Assembly (NCBI GenBank): GCA_002269645.1
Contig: NIVC01004707.1
Span: forward strand, 1 to 37,414
Reading direction: 5' to 3'
From: Macrostomum lignano
Taxonomy: Eukaryota
DNA: 37,414 nucleotides
Shown here: piece by piece, positions 10,217 through 28,969 of the stretch
Layout: every line of letters starts with the position of its first letter
How positions within the stretch are numbered: position 1 is the stretch's first letter
The notes under the pieces: generated by a model
Seen by the model: only the letters and a program-made list of their open reading frames with translations
Told to the model about the DNA's origin: nothing
Database searches by the model: none
Position numbers and translations under genes: made by a program

Positions 10217-12281
10217 CTAAGTCCTGGGCTGCTTTCTCTTGGCAGGATGCGCCCCATTGTAGATGAAGCCGATCTGCACCAGCGCTGCCCGGTCGTCAAG
10301 GCCGGCAGTGCCGTCAGCAGCCGGTGGCCTCCCAACCAGCAGCTCGTAGCAGTCGGTAGGGAAAATCAGCGCCCTGCCAGGCGCCAAGTCGATCGGCGCC
10401 GACTGGGGCGGTTTGTCGCCGTCGCAGCAGGCGGCCTTCGGAGCCAGTCGGGCCGTCAGGCGGCCGCTGAGCGGCAGGGCGAAGGCAAGCTGGCGCCTCT
10501 CGGCGAAGTCGCCAGCCGAGAACAGGCGGCCAGGTGGCAAGGCGCGGCCGGCCAGCAGCAGCGAGACGGCGCCCATTCGCTCTGTGCGCTGGCCGAAGTA
10601 GCGCGGCCGGGGCACCAGCCGGCGGAGGGCTCGAATGGCCGACAGGTGATGAAAAGACCACAGCAGCACCTGAACGGCGGGTTAAATAATTATGTCATTA
10701 GAATGGGGTCACTGAAGGCGAAGGATGGTCACTGAAGGCGAAGGATGGTCACTGAAGGCGAACGATGGTCACTGAAGGCGAAGGATGGTCACTGAAGGCG
10801 AACGATGGTCACTGAAGGCGAAGGATGGTCACTGAAGGCGAAGGATGGTCACTGAAGGCGAAGGATGGTCACTGAAGGCGAAGGATGGTCACTGAAGGCG
10901 AAGGATGGTCACTGAAGGCGAAGGATGGTCACTGAAGGCGAAGGATGGTCACTGAAGGAGAAGGGAGGTCACTGAAAGAGAAGGGAAGTCACTGAAGGAG
11001 AAGGGAGGTCACTGAAAGAGAAGGGAAGTCACTGAAAGAGAAGGGAAGTCACTGAAGGAGAAGGGAAGTCACTGAAAGAGAAGGGAAGTCACTGAAGGAG
11101 AAGGGAAGTCACTGAAAGAGAAGGGAGGTCACTGAAGGAGAAGGGAGGTCACTGAAAGAGAAGGGAGATCACTGAAAGAGAAGGGAGGTCACTGAAAGAG
11201 AAGGGAGATCACTGAAAGAGAAGGGAGATCACTGAAAGAGAAGGGAGATCACTGAAGGAGAAGGGAGATCACTGAAAGAGAAGAGAGGTCACTGAAAGAG
11301 AAGGGAGATCACTGAAGGAGAAGGGAGATCACTGAAAGAGAAGGGAGATCACTGAAGGAGAAGGGAGATCACTGAAAGAGAAGGGAGATCACTGAAAGAG
11401 AAGGGAAGTCACTTAAAGAGAAGGGAGGTCACTGAAAGAGAAGGGAGATCACTGAAGGAGAGAAATGCACAGCAGAACTGGGCAGAGAATCATAAATGCA
11501 GCTGACTCACCTGTCCGGGCGGCGGCAGCTCAGCCCGTGCAGGCCCCGATTCCCGAGCCGGGAACAGGTCCTTGAAGCATCGCACAGTCGACTGGCCCAA
11601 ATCAACGGAACGCCCTTCCTGGTACATCGGCAGCGTCTCGAGCTGGTTGCCGCCTCGCTCGAAATCCGGCCGATTCTCGGCCACAAAGCTGGCCAGCGCG
11701 GCGAAATCAACCTCCGCCTCGTCCGACGGCCACCGCGGCATCGCCGGAGTGCCAGCCACCTGGAAGGGCTTCACCACCCGGCTGTACAGCGAGTCGATGA
11801 GCTGGGCGACTGCCGTCAGGTTGGCCTGATCGACGCGCACCCGGGTGACGGCCGGCTGGCCACAGCCGCAGCAGAGCGGCTGCGGTCGCCTGTTGAATGG
11901 GTTCGCCAGCAGGCAGCCGCCCAGATTGCGCCCGGCCTCGGTGTCGTAGAGCCGCAGCGAATGCGACACCCGCCGGAACAGCTTCTGCACGTACAGGTCG
12001 GAGGCGGCCAGCCAAGCGGTGCTCTGCGTGGCGTAGCCGCCGGCCACGAGCTCGAGGCTCAGCGTGAGCAGCAGGGCCGCTGCGGCCGTCAGGCACAGGA
12101 GCAGCCGGCCGGTCCACCGCATGCAGGTCCAGCGCTTCTGGCCATCGCCAGTGTTGAACCTTCTGGCCAGGCTGCGCAACTGCGCGCTGCTCAGCCGGTC
12201 CAGGCTGGCTCGGTGGCGGTCGAGCAGCTGATCGATTTGCTGCTCCAAATGCCGCTTGTCAGTGGCTTCCGTGTTGCTCAT
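10217..12281 (-). CDS. C6orf89/BRAP-like single-pass membrane protein, paralog A, join(12281..11511,10669..10217), 407 aa
   Basis: TM segment LLLCLTAAAALLLTLSL, CLLANPFN...LCCGC motif, and LLWSFHHLSAIRALRRLVPRP (paralog B: VSWIFGHMSAIRAVRKLVPRP), then a cupin-like GRLTARLAPKAACC...LAPGRALIFPTDCYEL. Phase-0 junctions CAG|GTGAGT and TTCAG|GTG. Confidence 0.72.
10708..11461. repeat. 20-bp minisatellite (about 38 units) filling the paralog A intron
   Basis: Units GTCACTGAAGGCGAAGGATG grade into GTCACTGAAAGAGAAGGGA(A/G). Confidence 0.95.
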
Positions 12282-12625
12282 TGCTGCCGCATGCAGGTGT
12301 GTCTTCTTGGCTTAGCTGACTTAATTAGCTGTTCGTATTCTCCTGCACAGCATGGGCTTTTATATGCGCACGCATAGGCTTGTCTCTGTCTCTCTCCACT
12401 ATTGTCTGTATTGTACAGGCAATACAAGACATTGCTGGCCAGCCTGGCCTCACGTGTCGAGCATCGCATGCAGGGTGTACAATGGAATAAAAAGCACGAT
12501 GCAATGCGCTTTACGAGCTGTATATTTGATAAAGTCTCTATCTTTTTTTCGTACTCGTACATTCCATACACAGAACTGTGAATTATTGAATAATTGTAGG
12601 ATTAGTATTCCCAGACACAAAGATC

Positions 12626-13636
12626 ATTCTGTCCCAGATTGCACACGGAGCGGAACTAGATGGAAGACAATCTCTGTCCCAGATTGCACACGGAGCAGAA
12701 CCAGATGGAAGACAATCTCTGTCCCAGATTGCACACGGAGCAGAACCAGATGGAAGACAATCTCTGTCCCAGATTGCACACGGAGCAGAACCAGATGGAA
12801 GACAATCTCTGTCTCAGATTGCACACGGAGCAGAACCAGATGGAAGACAATCTCTGTCCCAGATTGCACACGGAGCAGAACCAGATGGAAGACAATCTCT
12901 GTCTCAGATTGCACACGGAGTGGATCCAGATGGAAGACAATCTCTGTCTCAGATTGCACACGGAGCAGAACCAGATGGAAGACAATCTCTGTCACAGTTT
13001 GCACACGGAGCAGAACCAGATGGAAGACAATCTCTGTCCCAGTTTGCACACGGAGTGGATCCAGATGGAAGACAATCTCTGTCCCAGTTTGCACACGGAG
13101 TGGATCCAGATGGAAGACAATCTCTGTCCCAGTTTGCACACGGAGTGGAACCAGATGGAAGACAATCTCTGTCCCAGTTTGCACACGGAGTGGATCCAGA
13201 TGGAAGACAATCTCTGTCTCAGTTTGCACACGGAGTGGATCCAGATGGAAGACAATCTCTGTCCCAGTTTGCACACGGAGTGGATCCAGATGGAAGACAA
13301 TCTCTGTCCCAGTTTGCACACGGAGTGGATCCAGATGGAAGACAATCTCTGTCCCAGTTTGCACACGGAGTGGATCCAGATGGAAGACAATCTCTGTCTC
13401 AGTTTGCACACGGAGTGGATCCAGATGGAAGACAATCTCTGTCTCAGTTTGCACACGGAGTGGATCCAGATGGAAGACAATCTCTGTCTCAGATTGCACA
13501 CGGAGTGGATCCAGATGGAAGACAATCTCTGTCCCGGTTTGCACACGGAGTGGATCCAGATGGAAGACATTCTCTGTCTCAGTTTGCACACGGAGCGGAT
13601 CCAGATGGAAGACATTCTCTGTCCCAGTTTGCACAC
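12626..13636. repeat. 45-bp minisatellite (about 22 units)
   Basis: Unit GTCCCAG(A/T)TTGCACACGGAG(CAGAA/TGGAT)CCAGATGGAAGACAATCTCT; source of several spurious ORFs. Confidence 0.95.
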
Positions 13637-13963
13637 GAAGCGTGGAACTATTGATAAGTTCGCATGGATCATAAAAAATCTTAAATACTCGAACGTTTTT
13701 TATTATGAGTGCATTTATATACCACCAAATATTCAGTTATAATTCGTAAAGAGTGCACAGACGACTATCTCTTCCCAATAGCCTCATGCTATCCGTATTT
13801 GAGTTGAGTACATTATTAAGCAATGCAAAATTAGATGATTAAGCCGTAGATCTTTCTACTTAAGCAATGAGATGACTTATTTGACAACAATGTTCTCCAA
13901 AAAAGTTTTGTTGATACTCAATCAGTAGACAAGAACAGTTCACCATACCCCCAAGTCAAGGAA

Positions 13964-14317
13964 TTAATGAGCCACCACGTGCATCGCCTGCCGACCGTGG
14001 CACCTGTGCAGCTCGTACTGCCGATGCTGGTGATGGTGCAGCGGCGGCAGCAGATGCCGCAGGGCCTGCCCGACGCCGACAAGACTCCAGCCCTTCTTGG
14101 CGTTGATAGCGGCCGCCCCATCAACTTCTTCGACGGGAGCTCCGGGCGGCGGCGCATCAGCCTTGGCGCCTTCCACATCCTCAACTCCGGGATGGCTGCC
14201 TCTGGACTCCTCTGCCTGCTCCTCTTCCTCCTCCTCGTCCTCCGTTGTTTCCAGTTGGACGATCGCAAACGTTCGCACTGTCACAACATCGGAGAAGTGC
14301 ACATGTACATTCTTCAT
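13964..14317 (-). CDS. Possible small acidic protein (about 117 aa, MKNVHVHFSDVVTVRTF...EDEEEEEE...HHHQH)
   Basis: GC-rich island in AT-richer flanks, with an acceptor-like TTCAATTCAG upstream. The antisense frame in the same register (13967..14386) is also open, so the strand is uncertain. Confidence 0.35.
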   Translation of the reverse strand: MKNVHVHFSDVVTVRTFAIVQLETTEDEEEEEEQAEESRGSHPGVEDVEGAKADAPPPGAPVEEVDGAAAINAKKGWSLVGVGQALRHLLPPLHHHQHRQYELHRCHGRQAMHVVAH

Positions 14318-14825
14318 CACCTGCTTCTCCTCCTAGGTCGAATTCGCCCCGTGGTCAGCGGCAGCTTGACTTTTTCACTGAATTGAATGAGCTGTCTGGC
14401 TCCTAGTCAAGCAAGAAAATGTCTTTTTTATACAGGCGGCCAAACTAGTTTGAAGCGCTGATGCGGAAAATGAAAGTCTGTTGAACATGATTGATAAGGG
14501 AGAGCTAACGTCGGCTACCAAAGTCAGGTGGACCCCCGCTTCTAATCAGAGCGAAATTATGCATACGGGCACAGATTGACAAAATGCAAACATTCCAGGT
14601 TGGAAACTCAATACCGGTGCCTGCGGCCCTGTGACAATTCTAGGTCAATTTATCTGGCTGGAAGGTTGCAGCTGTTGGGTACGTGAAAGGGCAAATACAT
14701 ATAGCAGATAAGTGTAGTTCCTAATGACCTCAGCAAGCTGCATGTACACTTTGCGCACAACTCAAAATTCAGTGAAATAGAAAGATTTAATTCCATGATT
14801 TCGTTACTTCAATAGAATACCCAGA

Positions 14826-17800
14826 GTGGTGACACAATGTATTCACTGCAATATCCAAGTGAGTCAGTGACTCAGTTCATTCACTGCAATATCCAAGTGA
14901 GTGACTCAGTTCATTCACTGCAATATCCAAGTGAGTGACTCAGTTCATTCACTACAATATCCAAGTGAGTGACTCAGTTCATTCACTGCAATATCCAAGT
15001 GAGTGACTCAGTTCATTCACTGCAATATCCAAGTGAGTGACTCTCTGCATTCACTGCAATATCCAAGTGAGTGACTCTCTGCATTCACTGCAATATCCAA
15101 GTGAGTGACTCTCTGCATTCACTGCAATATCCAAGTGAGTGACTCTCTGCATTCACTGCAATATCCAAGTGAGCGACTCTCTGCATTCACTGCAATATCC
15201 AAGTGAGTGACTCAGTTCATTCACTGCAATATCCAAGTGAGTGACTCAGTTCATTCACTGCAATATCCAAGTGAGTGAGTGACTCAGTTCATTCACTGCA
15301 ATATCCAAGTGAGTGACTCAGTTCATTCACTGCAGTATCCAAGTGAGTGAGTGACTCAGTTCATTCACTGCAATATCCAAGTGAGTGACTCAGTTCATTC
15401 ACTGCAATATCCAAGTGAGTGACTCAGTTCATTCACTGCAGTATCCAAGTGAGTGACTCAGTTCATTCACTGCAATATCCAAGTGAGTCAGTGACTCAGC
15501 TCATTCACTACAATATCCAAGTGAGTCAGTGACTCAGTTCATTCACTGCAATATCCCAGTGGGTGACTCAGTTCATTCACTGCAATATCCAAGTGAGTCA
15601 GTGACTCAGTTCATTCACTGCAATATCCAAGTGAGTGACTCAGTTCATTCACTACAATATCCAAGTGAGTGACTCAGTTCATTCACTGCAATATCCAAGT
15701 GAGCGACTCTCTGCATTCACTGCAATATCCAAGTGAGTGACTCAGTTCATTCACTGCAATATCCAAGTCAGTGACTCAGTTCATTCACTGCAATATCCAA
15801 GTGAGTGACTCAGTTCATTCACTACAATATCCAAGTGAGTGACTCAGTTCATTCACTACAATATCCAAGTGAGTGACTCAGTTCATTCACTACAATATCC
15901 AAGTGAGTGACTCAGTTCATTCACTGCAATATCCAACTGAGCGACTCTCTGCATTCACTGCAATATCCAAGTGAGTGACTCTCTGCATTCACTGCAATAT
16001 CCAAGTGAGTGACTCTCTGCATTCACTGCAATATCCAAGTGAGCGACTCTCTGCATTCACTGCAATATCCAAGTGAGTGACTCAGTTCATTCACTGCAAT
16101 ATCCAAGTGGGTGACTCAGTTCATTCACTGCAATATCCAAGTGGGTGAGCGACTCTCTACATTCACTGCAATATCCAAGTGAGTGACTCAGTTCATTCAC
16201 TGCAATATCCAAGTGGGTGAGCGACTCTCTAAATTCACTGCAATATCCAAGTGAGTGACTCTCTGCATTCACTGCAGTATCCAAGTGAGTGACTCAGTTC
16301 ATTCACTGCAATATTCAAGTGAGTGACTCAGTTCATTCACTGCAATATCCAAGTGAGTGACTCAGTTCATTCACTGCAATATCCAAGTGAGTGACTCAGT
16401 TCATTCACTACAATATCCAAGTGAGTGACTCAGTTCATTCACTGCAATATCCAAGTGAGTGACTCTGCATTCACTGCAGTATCCAAGTGAGTGACTCAGT
16501 TCATTCACTGCAATATCCAAGTGAGTGACTCAGTTCATTCACTGCAGTATCCAAGTGAGTGACTCAGTTCATTCACTGCAATATCCAAGTGAGTGACTCA
16601 GTTCATTCACTGCAATATCCAAGTGAGTGACTCAGTTCATTCACTGCAATATCCAAGTGAGTGACTCTGCATTCACTGCAGTATCCAAGTGAGTGACTCA
16701 GTTCATTCACTGCAATATCCAAGTGAGTGACTCAGTTCATTCACTGCAGTATCCAAGTGAGTGACTCAGTTCATTCACTGCAATATCCAAGTGGGTGAGC
16801 GACTCTCTAAATTCACTGCAATATCCAAGTGAGTGACTCTCTGCATTCACTGCAATATCCAAGTGAGTGACTCAGTTCATTCACTGCAATATCCAAGTGA
16901 GTGACTCAGTTCATTCACTGCAATATCCAAGTGAGTGACTCAGTTCATTCACTGCAATATCCAAGTGAGTGACTCAGTTCATTCACTGCAATATCCAAGT
17001 GAGTGACTCTGCATTCACTGCAGTATCCAAGTGAGTGACTCAGTTCATTCACTGCAATATCCAAGTGAGTGACTCAGTTCATTCACTGCAGTATCCAAGT
17101 GAGTGACTCAGTTCATTCACTGCAATATCCAAGTGAGTGACTCAGTTCATTCACTGCAATATCCAAGTGAGTGAGTGACTCAGTTCATTCACTGCAGTAT
17201 CCAAGTGAGTGACTCAGTTCATTCACTGCAATATCCAAGTGAGTGACTCTCTGCATTCACTGCAATATCCAAGTGAGCGACTCTCTGCATTCACTGCAAT
17301 ATCCAAGTGAGTGACTCAGTTCATTCACTGCAATATCCAAGTGGGTGACTCAGTTCATTCACTGCAATATCCAAGTGGGTGAGCGACTCTCTAAATTCAC
17401 TGCAATATCCAAGTGAGTGACTCTCTGCATTCACTGCAATATCCAAGTGAGCGACTCTCTGCATTCACTGCAATATCCAAGTGAGTGACTCTCTGCATTC
17501 ACTGCAATATCCAAGTGAGCGACTCTCTGCATTCACTGCAATATCCAAGTGAGTGACTCAGTTCATTCACTGCAATATCCAAGTGGGTGACTCAGTTCAT
17601 TCACTGCAATATCCAAGTGGGTGAGCGACTCTCTACATTCACTGCAATATCCAAGTGAGTGACTCAGTTCATTCACTGCAATATCCAAGTGGGTGAGCGA
17701 CTCTCTACATTCACTGCAATATCCAAGTGAGTGACTCAGTTCATTCACTGCAATATCCAAGTGGGTGAGCGACTCTCTACATTCACTGCAATATCCCAGT

Positions 17801-17911
17801 GAGTGACTCAGTTCATTCACTACAATATCCCAGTGAGTGACTCAGTTCATTCACTGCAGTATCCAAGTGAGTGACTCTGCATTCACTGCAATATCCAAGT
17901 GAGTGACTCAC
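14826..17911. repeat. 34-bp minisatellite, about 3.1 kb (roughly 85-90 units)
   Basis: Unit CATTCACTGCAATATCCAAGTGAGTGACTCAGTT, with variants ...GACTCTCTG, ...GACTCTG and 38-bp insertion forms. Confidence 0.97.
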
Positions 17912-18319
17912 TGATAACAACTATACAAGTACGGAACGAAAAGATGATCAAGATCGTAGCTCCGAGTCAGCAATTAAAAATCAATACACCGGATCCGGGT
18001 AGTGAATAATAAAGGAAAAATTTCGAAACTGGTTTTTATTGAGCAAAAGCGCATCATTTTTCATTAATTGACGAGAAAAAAACTGTTTTATAGACTACTT
18101 GTTAGCGTAAGTGCGATAATACGAATTTTAATTAAAAATCAATTGTCCAATTTAAAAAATTATTGAGAGGCGCTTGATTTTTGTTTTGAAAATTTCCTAA
18201 TTGAAAACTAATTTTTTTTCAGAATGTTACGTCACACAACTCTACTGTTAGTAGGCGAGTAAAGTGTTTTTTATGCCCGACGAAAACAGCATCAGCAATC
18301 TTAGACTGATATAAATATT

Positions 18320-25121
<6,802 letters not shown>

Positions 25122-28100
25122 GATTGGCTGATAAAATTAGCACAATTTGGTATAGATTAATTCACTTTAGTAGACTTGAAAAAATTGAGAAATTAGCAGT
25201 GGAAAAGAAATGGTAAGACAGTTAAATCATAGCTCTAGTAGTTATTATCAGCACCATCATTGTTAGGAAGATTAAACTTCATAGCATAGGCCTAGTGGGC
25301 TTCAAACTTCAAGGGTATAGTTTTAATTTTATCTCTTTGATTACAAAATTATTCAATTTTAACTTTTTGTAATTCAAAGGCACATTTGTAATTAAATATT
25401 ATTATAAATTTTTTTATCAATGCTATATAACATTATTTTATATTCATTTAGCTTAGGCCTACCTTTGAAACTTATTAGTCATAAAATTAAAAAATATATG
25501 AAATGATATTTTGTTGACTGTTTAAAAATAATCATGTACTTATAATAATAATAAACATTTTTAACTAAAAAATAAATCAAAAGATTTTCAATACTTTTGT
25601 CCATTGACTTACTTATATTAAATATAATTCTTTTATGAGTATTTTAAATCTAAAATATTGCATAAGATACTATATTTAAACATAATAACTATGCATAGCA
25701 TATATGTATTTAATAATCAATTAATTATATATCAATTTATATTACTTGAATACATATAACTAAAAAAGGACTGAATAGTTGTTACCAATATACCTATATA
25801 AAACTTCATTCTTATAGCTATTGGTACAAAAATAGTCATTTTAGAAGAATTTATCTATAGACTATACTATGGTTTTGCCTATGTCATGACTATATTAGTA
25901 AAAAGTATAAAGATAATATCTATTAATAAAAAATACTATATTAATCATGGCAGAATACTATACTAATGCTAATACTAATTTCTTACCACTATAATTATAG
26001 CTTATACTATACAAAAAATACTTTTATACATTAATTCAGGATTTTTATACACTAGTTGTGAAGTCATAGTGGTAGGCTTAAGGGGTGCTACAAATTGATG
26101 TATCTATGCAATGCATAGCTATAAGTTTTTAAGCTAGATACTATAACTAAGATACAATTTAACAAGGATTGTCACTTTTCAAGCATATTATGATATATGC
26201 TATTTTGCATTGCTCCATTTATTTTATTTGCTAAGTATCCTTTGATACAGCTCTTTTACTTCATCTTCATTATTAAGTACCAATATTCCCTAGAAAAGAG
26301 AAAAGTTCCTGATAAAGGCTTTCCACTGACCACTCCAAATTGGTATTTCTGGACTACCTTTTCGGAATAGATAATTTAGTGTATACTATAAACTTAAGAT
26401 GAAAACAAAAAAAACAAAAGTGAAAAGTGCTGGTGAAAATTAACATACAAAGGATACATTAATGAGAAATCAAACCCTCCTGGCCTCAGTCAGGAGGGTT
26501 TCAACAACTAAAAAACAACTAATCTGACCGTTGATTTCGCAGAAATTTTTACAATCAAAGCAATTTATTTTAACTTTAATTACAAAGAAAAACAAATTTT
26601 ATTTGATGCGAGGATACAAGTATGGAGCGGTTAATATCTACGTAAGACACCCTTTTAAGCAAAAAAACTTTTTTTGTCTGTTTATAGATATTTATAACTG
26701 TTTTTGCTCTGTAATTGTAAATTAATGAGTAGTTGTATTATAATACGGATGTTGACATGAAGCAGACAAAATCGAACCGAGGACCACTGTCTACTATATA
26801 CAGCAGTATATACTACATGTAAACTACATATATACTGTACATAGTATGTTACTATTTATGTAACTACTACTGTATGCAGTGGTGGCCTTATGTTTAGATT
26901 TTGTCTTGCTTCTTGAACATATGTTATTGACTCGAAGACAATACTGTATATTTGCCATCTAACTTTGTTGATTTACCCACAGAAACGGACCTGTAGTGTG
27001 GGTGAATTGATTAATTCATGGAAAACGAAGCTTACTTTCTGAAAGTAGTTGTACATACGAATTTCAAATGATCGACATTTCGAAAAGGCGCATATTTATG
27101 CATCTTATTACTTGTATGCATGTACATGTACGTATATGTATGTAAAACAGAAGCTTTAAAATCGTGATCATGTCCTGACTCCGCCCGCCTAGTTGGGCCT
27201 ACTTGGAACTGTGTTAATGAATTGCTAAGATGCCACTTTGAGTTAGCTACACGTACATGTACATCGACATGTACATGCATAAATTTACCATGCGCGCAGT
27301 TCTTGTACTTCAATTACATGTAAAAATTTTCGTACATGTACATTTCGATGCAAGACCAACGATTGCCCATAGTAACACTTAGAAGCACTCAAATAAACAC
27401 TGGAAGGGTTCTCTGTAAAGAGAAAGTCATTTGCCTTCAATTACATGTATGGTCGCACAGTTTATGTCAGGCAGTAAGCCAAAAGCGCCACCAGATTCGA
27501 GTCATGCATCTGATGGTACATTCGATCAATTGTCAAACAAAAGACATGACTAAACTGTTGAAAATCGATTTGGCCTACTTTAGTTAGTAGCAAGAAGAGA
27601 TCATTTTTAATCGTTACATGTACATTTAAGCATTACATGTACATGTACATGTAGTAAAACCATTAACTTTTTGTTTCCTAATTTTAGTGTAATAACCGTA
27701 AATTTCAGGTCAAAACCGCTTTCCATTAAGCTAAAGTTACTGTTTTATGAAATACATGATCAGCAGCTGATCTGCATGCATGTGTTATACAGTGTCCGGC
27801 CCCCTCCACTGACGTATCTCCAAGCCATCGCTGGCACACGTCAGATGCGGTGAAAATTGGCTTATGTCAATTTTAGCGAGCTAAGTTTGAAACGGAAGGC
27901 TAACACTGTGATGGTAGAGAGATGCGTCAGCAAAACATATATTTGTAAAATGCAATTCAGCATTAAAATTTTCAAGCACGCGCTAAAACTAAATAAATTT
28001 GTTATTATTCAATTTCTGAATTTCTGCTTTTGAATTTGTTTTGCTCGCGGGACTTTGAATAGTTTTGGCACTGAGCACGCGATAGTTTTGGCAATAGGAA

Positions 28101-28969
28101 ACACCCTGAAGGTTCAGCTCGGGTCAGTGCTTGAGTTGCAACTTTTCGCGCGACTGTTATTTTCTGCCACGCTTATCGCAAACTTACCAAAATAGCCTAT
28201 GAAAGCTTTTGAGAGCACTCCTATATCACGTGTCGAACTTGCAGGGTTGAACTTAGCATCCAACGTATATGGTAGGCCGTGTTCCCTGAAATATTCACAT
28301 TTATAACTTTACTCTTCCTTCTACTCTCAGTAGACTGGTTGAATGCATCTATCCAAACTTATCTTCCAAAAGTTTAGCAAGGCAAGGAGGGGAAGAGAGG
28401 GTTGGGAAGGCCTGGAGGCGACCGATAATTGGTCGATATGCTCTGAGCAATGGCACAGGAGCTGGGGCGGACAGAGAGGCGGCCGCGAGGGGCTGCTAAA
28501 GGGTAAGAAACACAAGGCGCTCCTACCCGACTCTCTCACTTGTTCTGCTCCGGCATCTCAGTTCAGCTCAAGGCCTCTCTCTCTCCTTGCTACTCTCTTA
28601 CTTCTGTCCCGCTTCCCTGCCTCTCCAACTCGCAGGCCTCTGAACCAGCAGAGAATTAGGAAACTCACACTTCAGTAGACTCTCCCCTCTGTTTCTGTCG
28701 CTCTCGTCCACTTCGCTCCCTCCGCCCTGACCACTCGTGCCGCCTTCAGTCGGCCGGCCTAAAAGTTTCGCTCGTTTCTCCCACGTCCCAACGTCTCTTG
28801 ACGTGCACAGTTTGCTCTCTCTGTCTCCCTCCCCTTCAATTCTCCTTTAGTTTCCAGCTCTTCCCCGCACTCCTCCAAGAAATAAGATAGGAGCAACAAC
28901 AGACTGGAAAAGTGCATCGACAAAAGTCCTCTTCCGAAGGAAACACGTACTATTGAACATTGACGAAAG

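Noticed and set aside
11496-12377. Plus-strand ORFs overlapping paralogs A and B and the aminopeptidase (also 8883-9425, 10022-10735, 23669-24139)
   Set aside because: Antisense shadows of GC-rich exons.
12352-13742. Repeat-protein ORFs over the 45-bp array; likewise 8177-8959, 18810-19794, 22593-23522, 34326-35138
   Set aside because: Unit lengths divisible by 3 (or stop-free microsatellites) open several frames on both strands; most of these arrays lie inside introns defined by flanking exons.
14826-17911. CRISPR-like array (34-bp periodicity)
   Set aside because: Head-to-tail units without unique spacers, no cas genes, eukaryotic context.
25140-26460. Mitochondrial insertion (NUMT) as the source of the AT-rich block
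   Set aside because: No recognisable mitochondrial protein or rRNA motif, many TAG stops, and no strong T/G strand skew. A BLAST search would be needed to exclude it fully.
26472-26501. Rho-independent terminator
   Set aside because: No U-tract after the stem on either strand, and no bacterial context.
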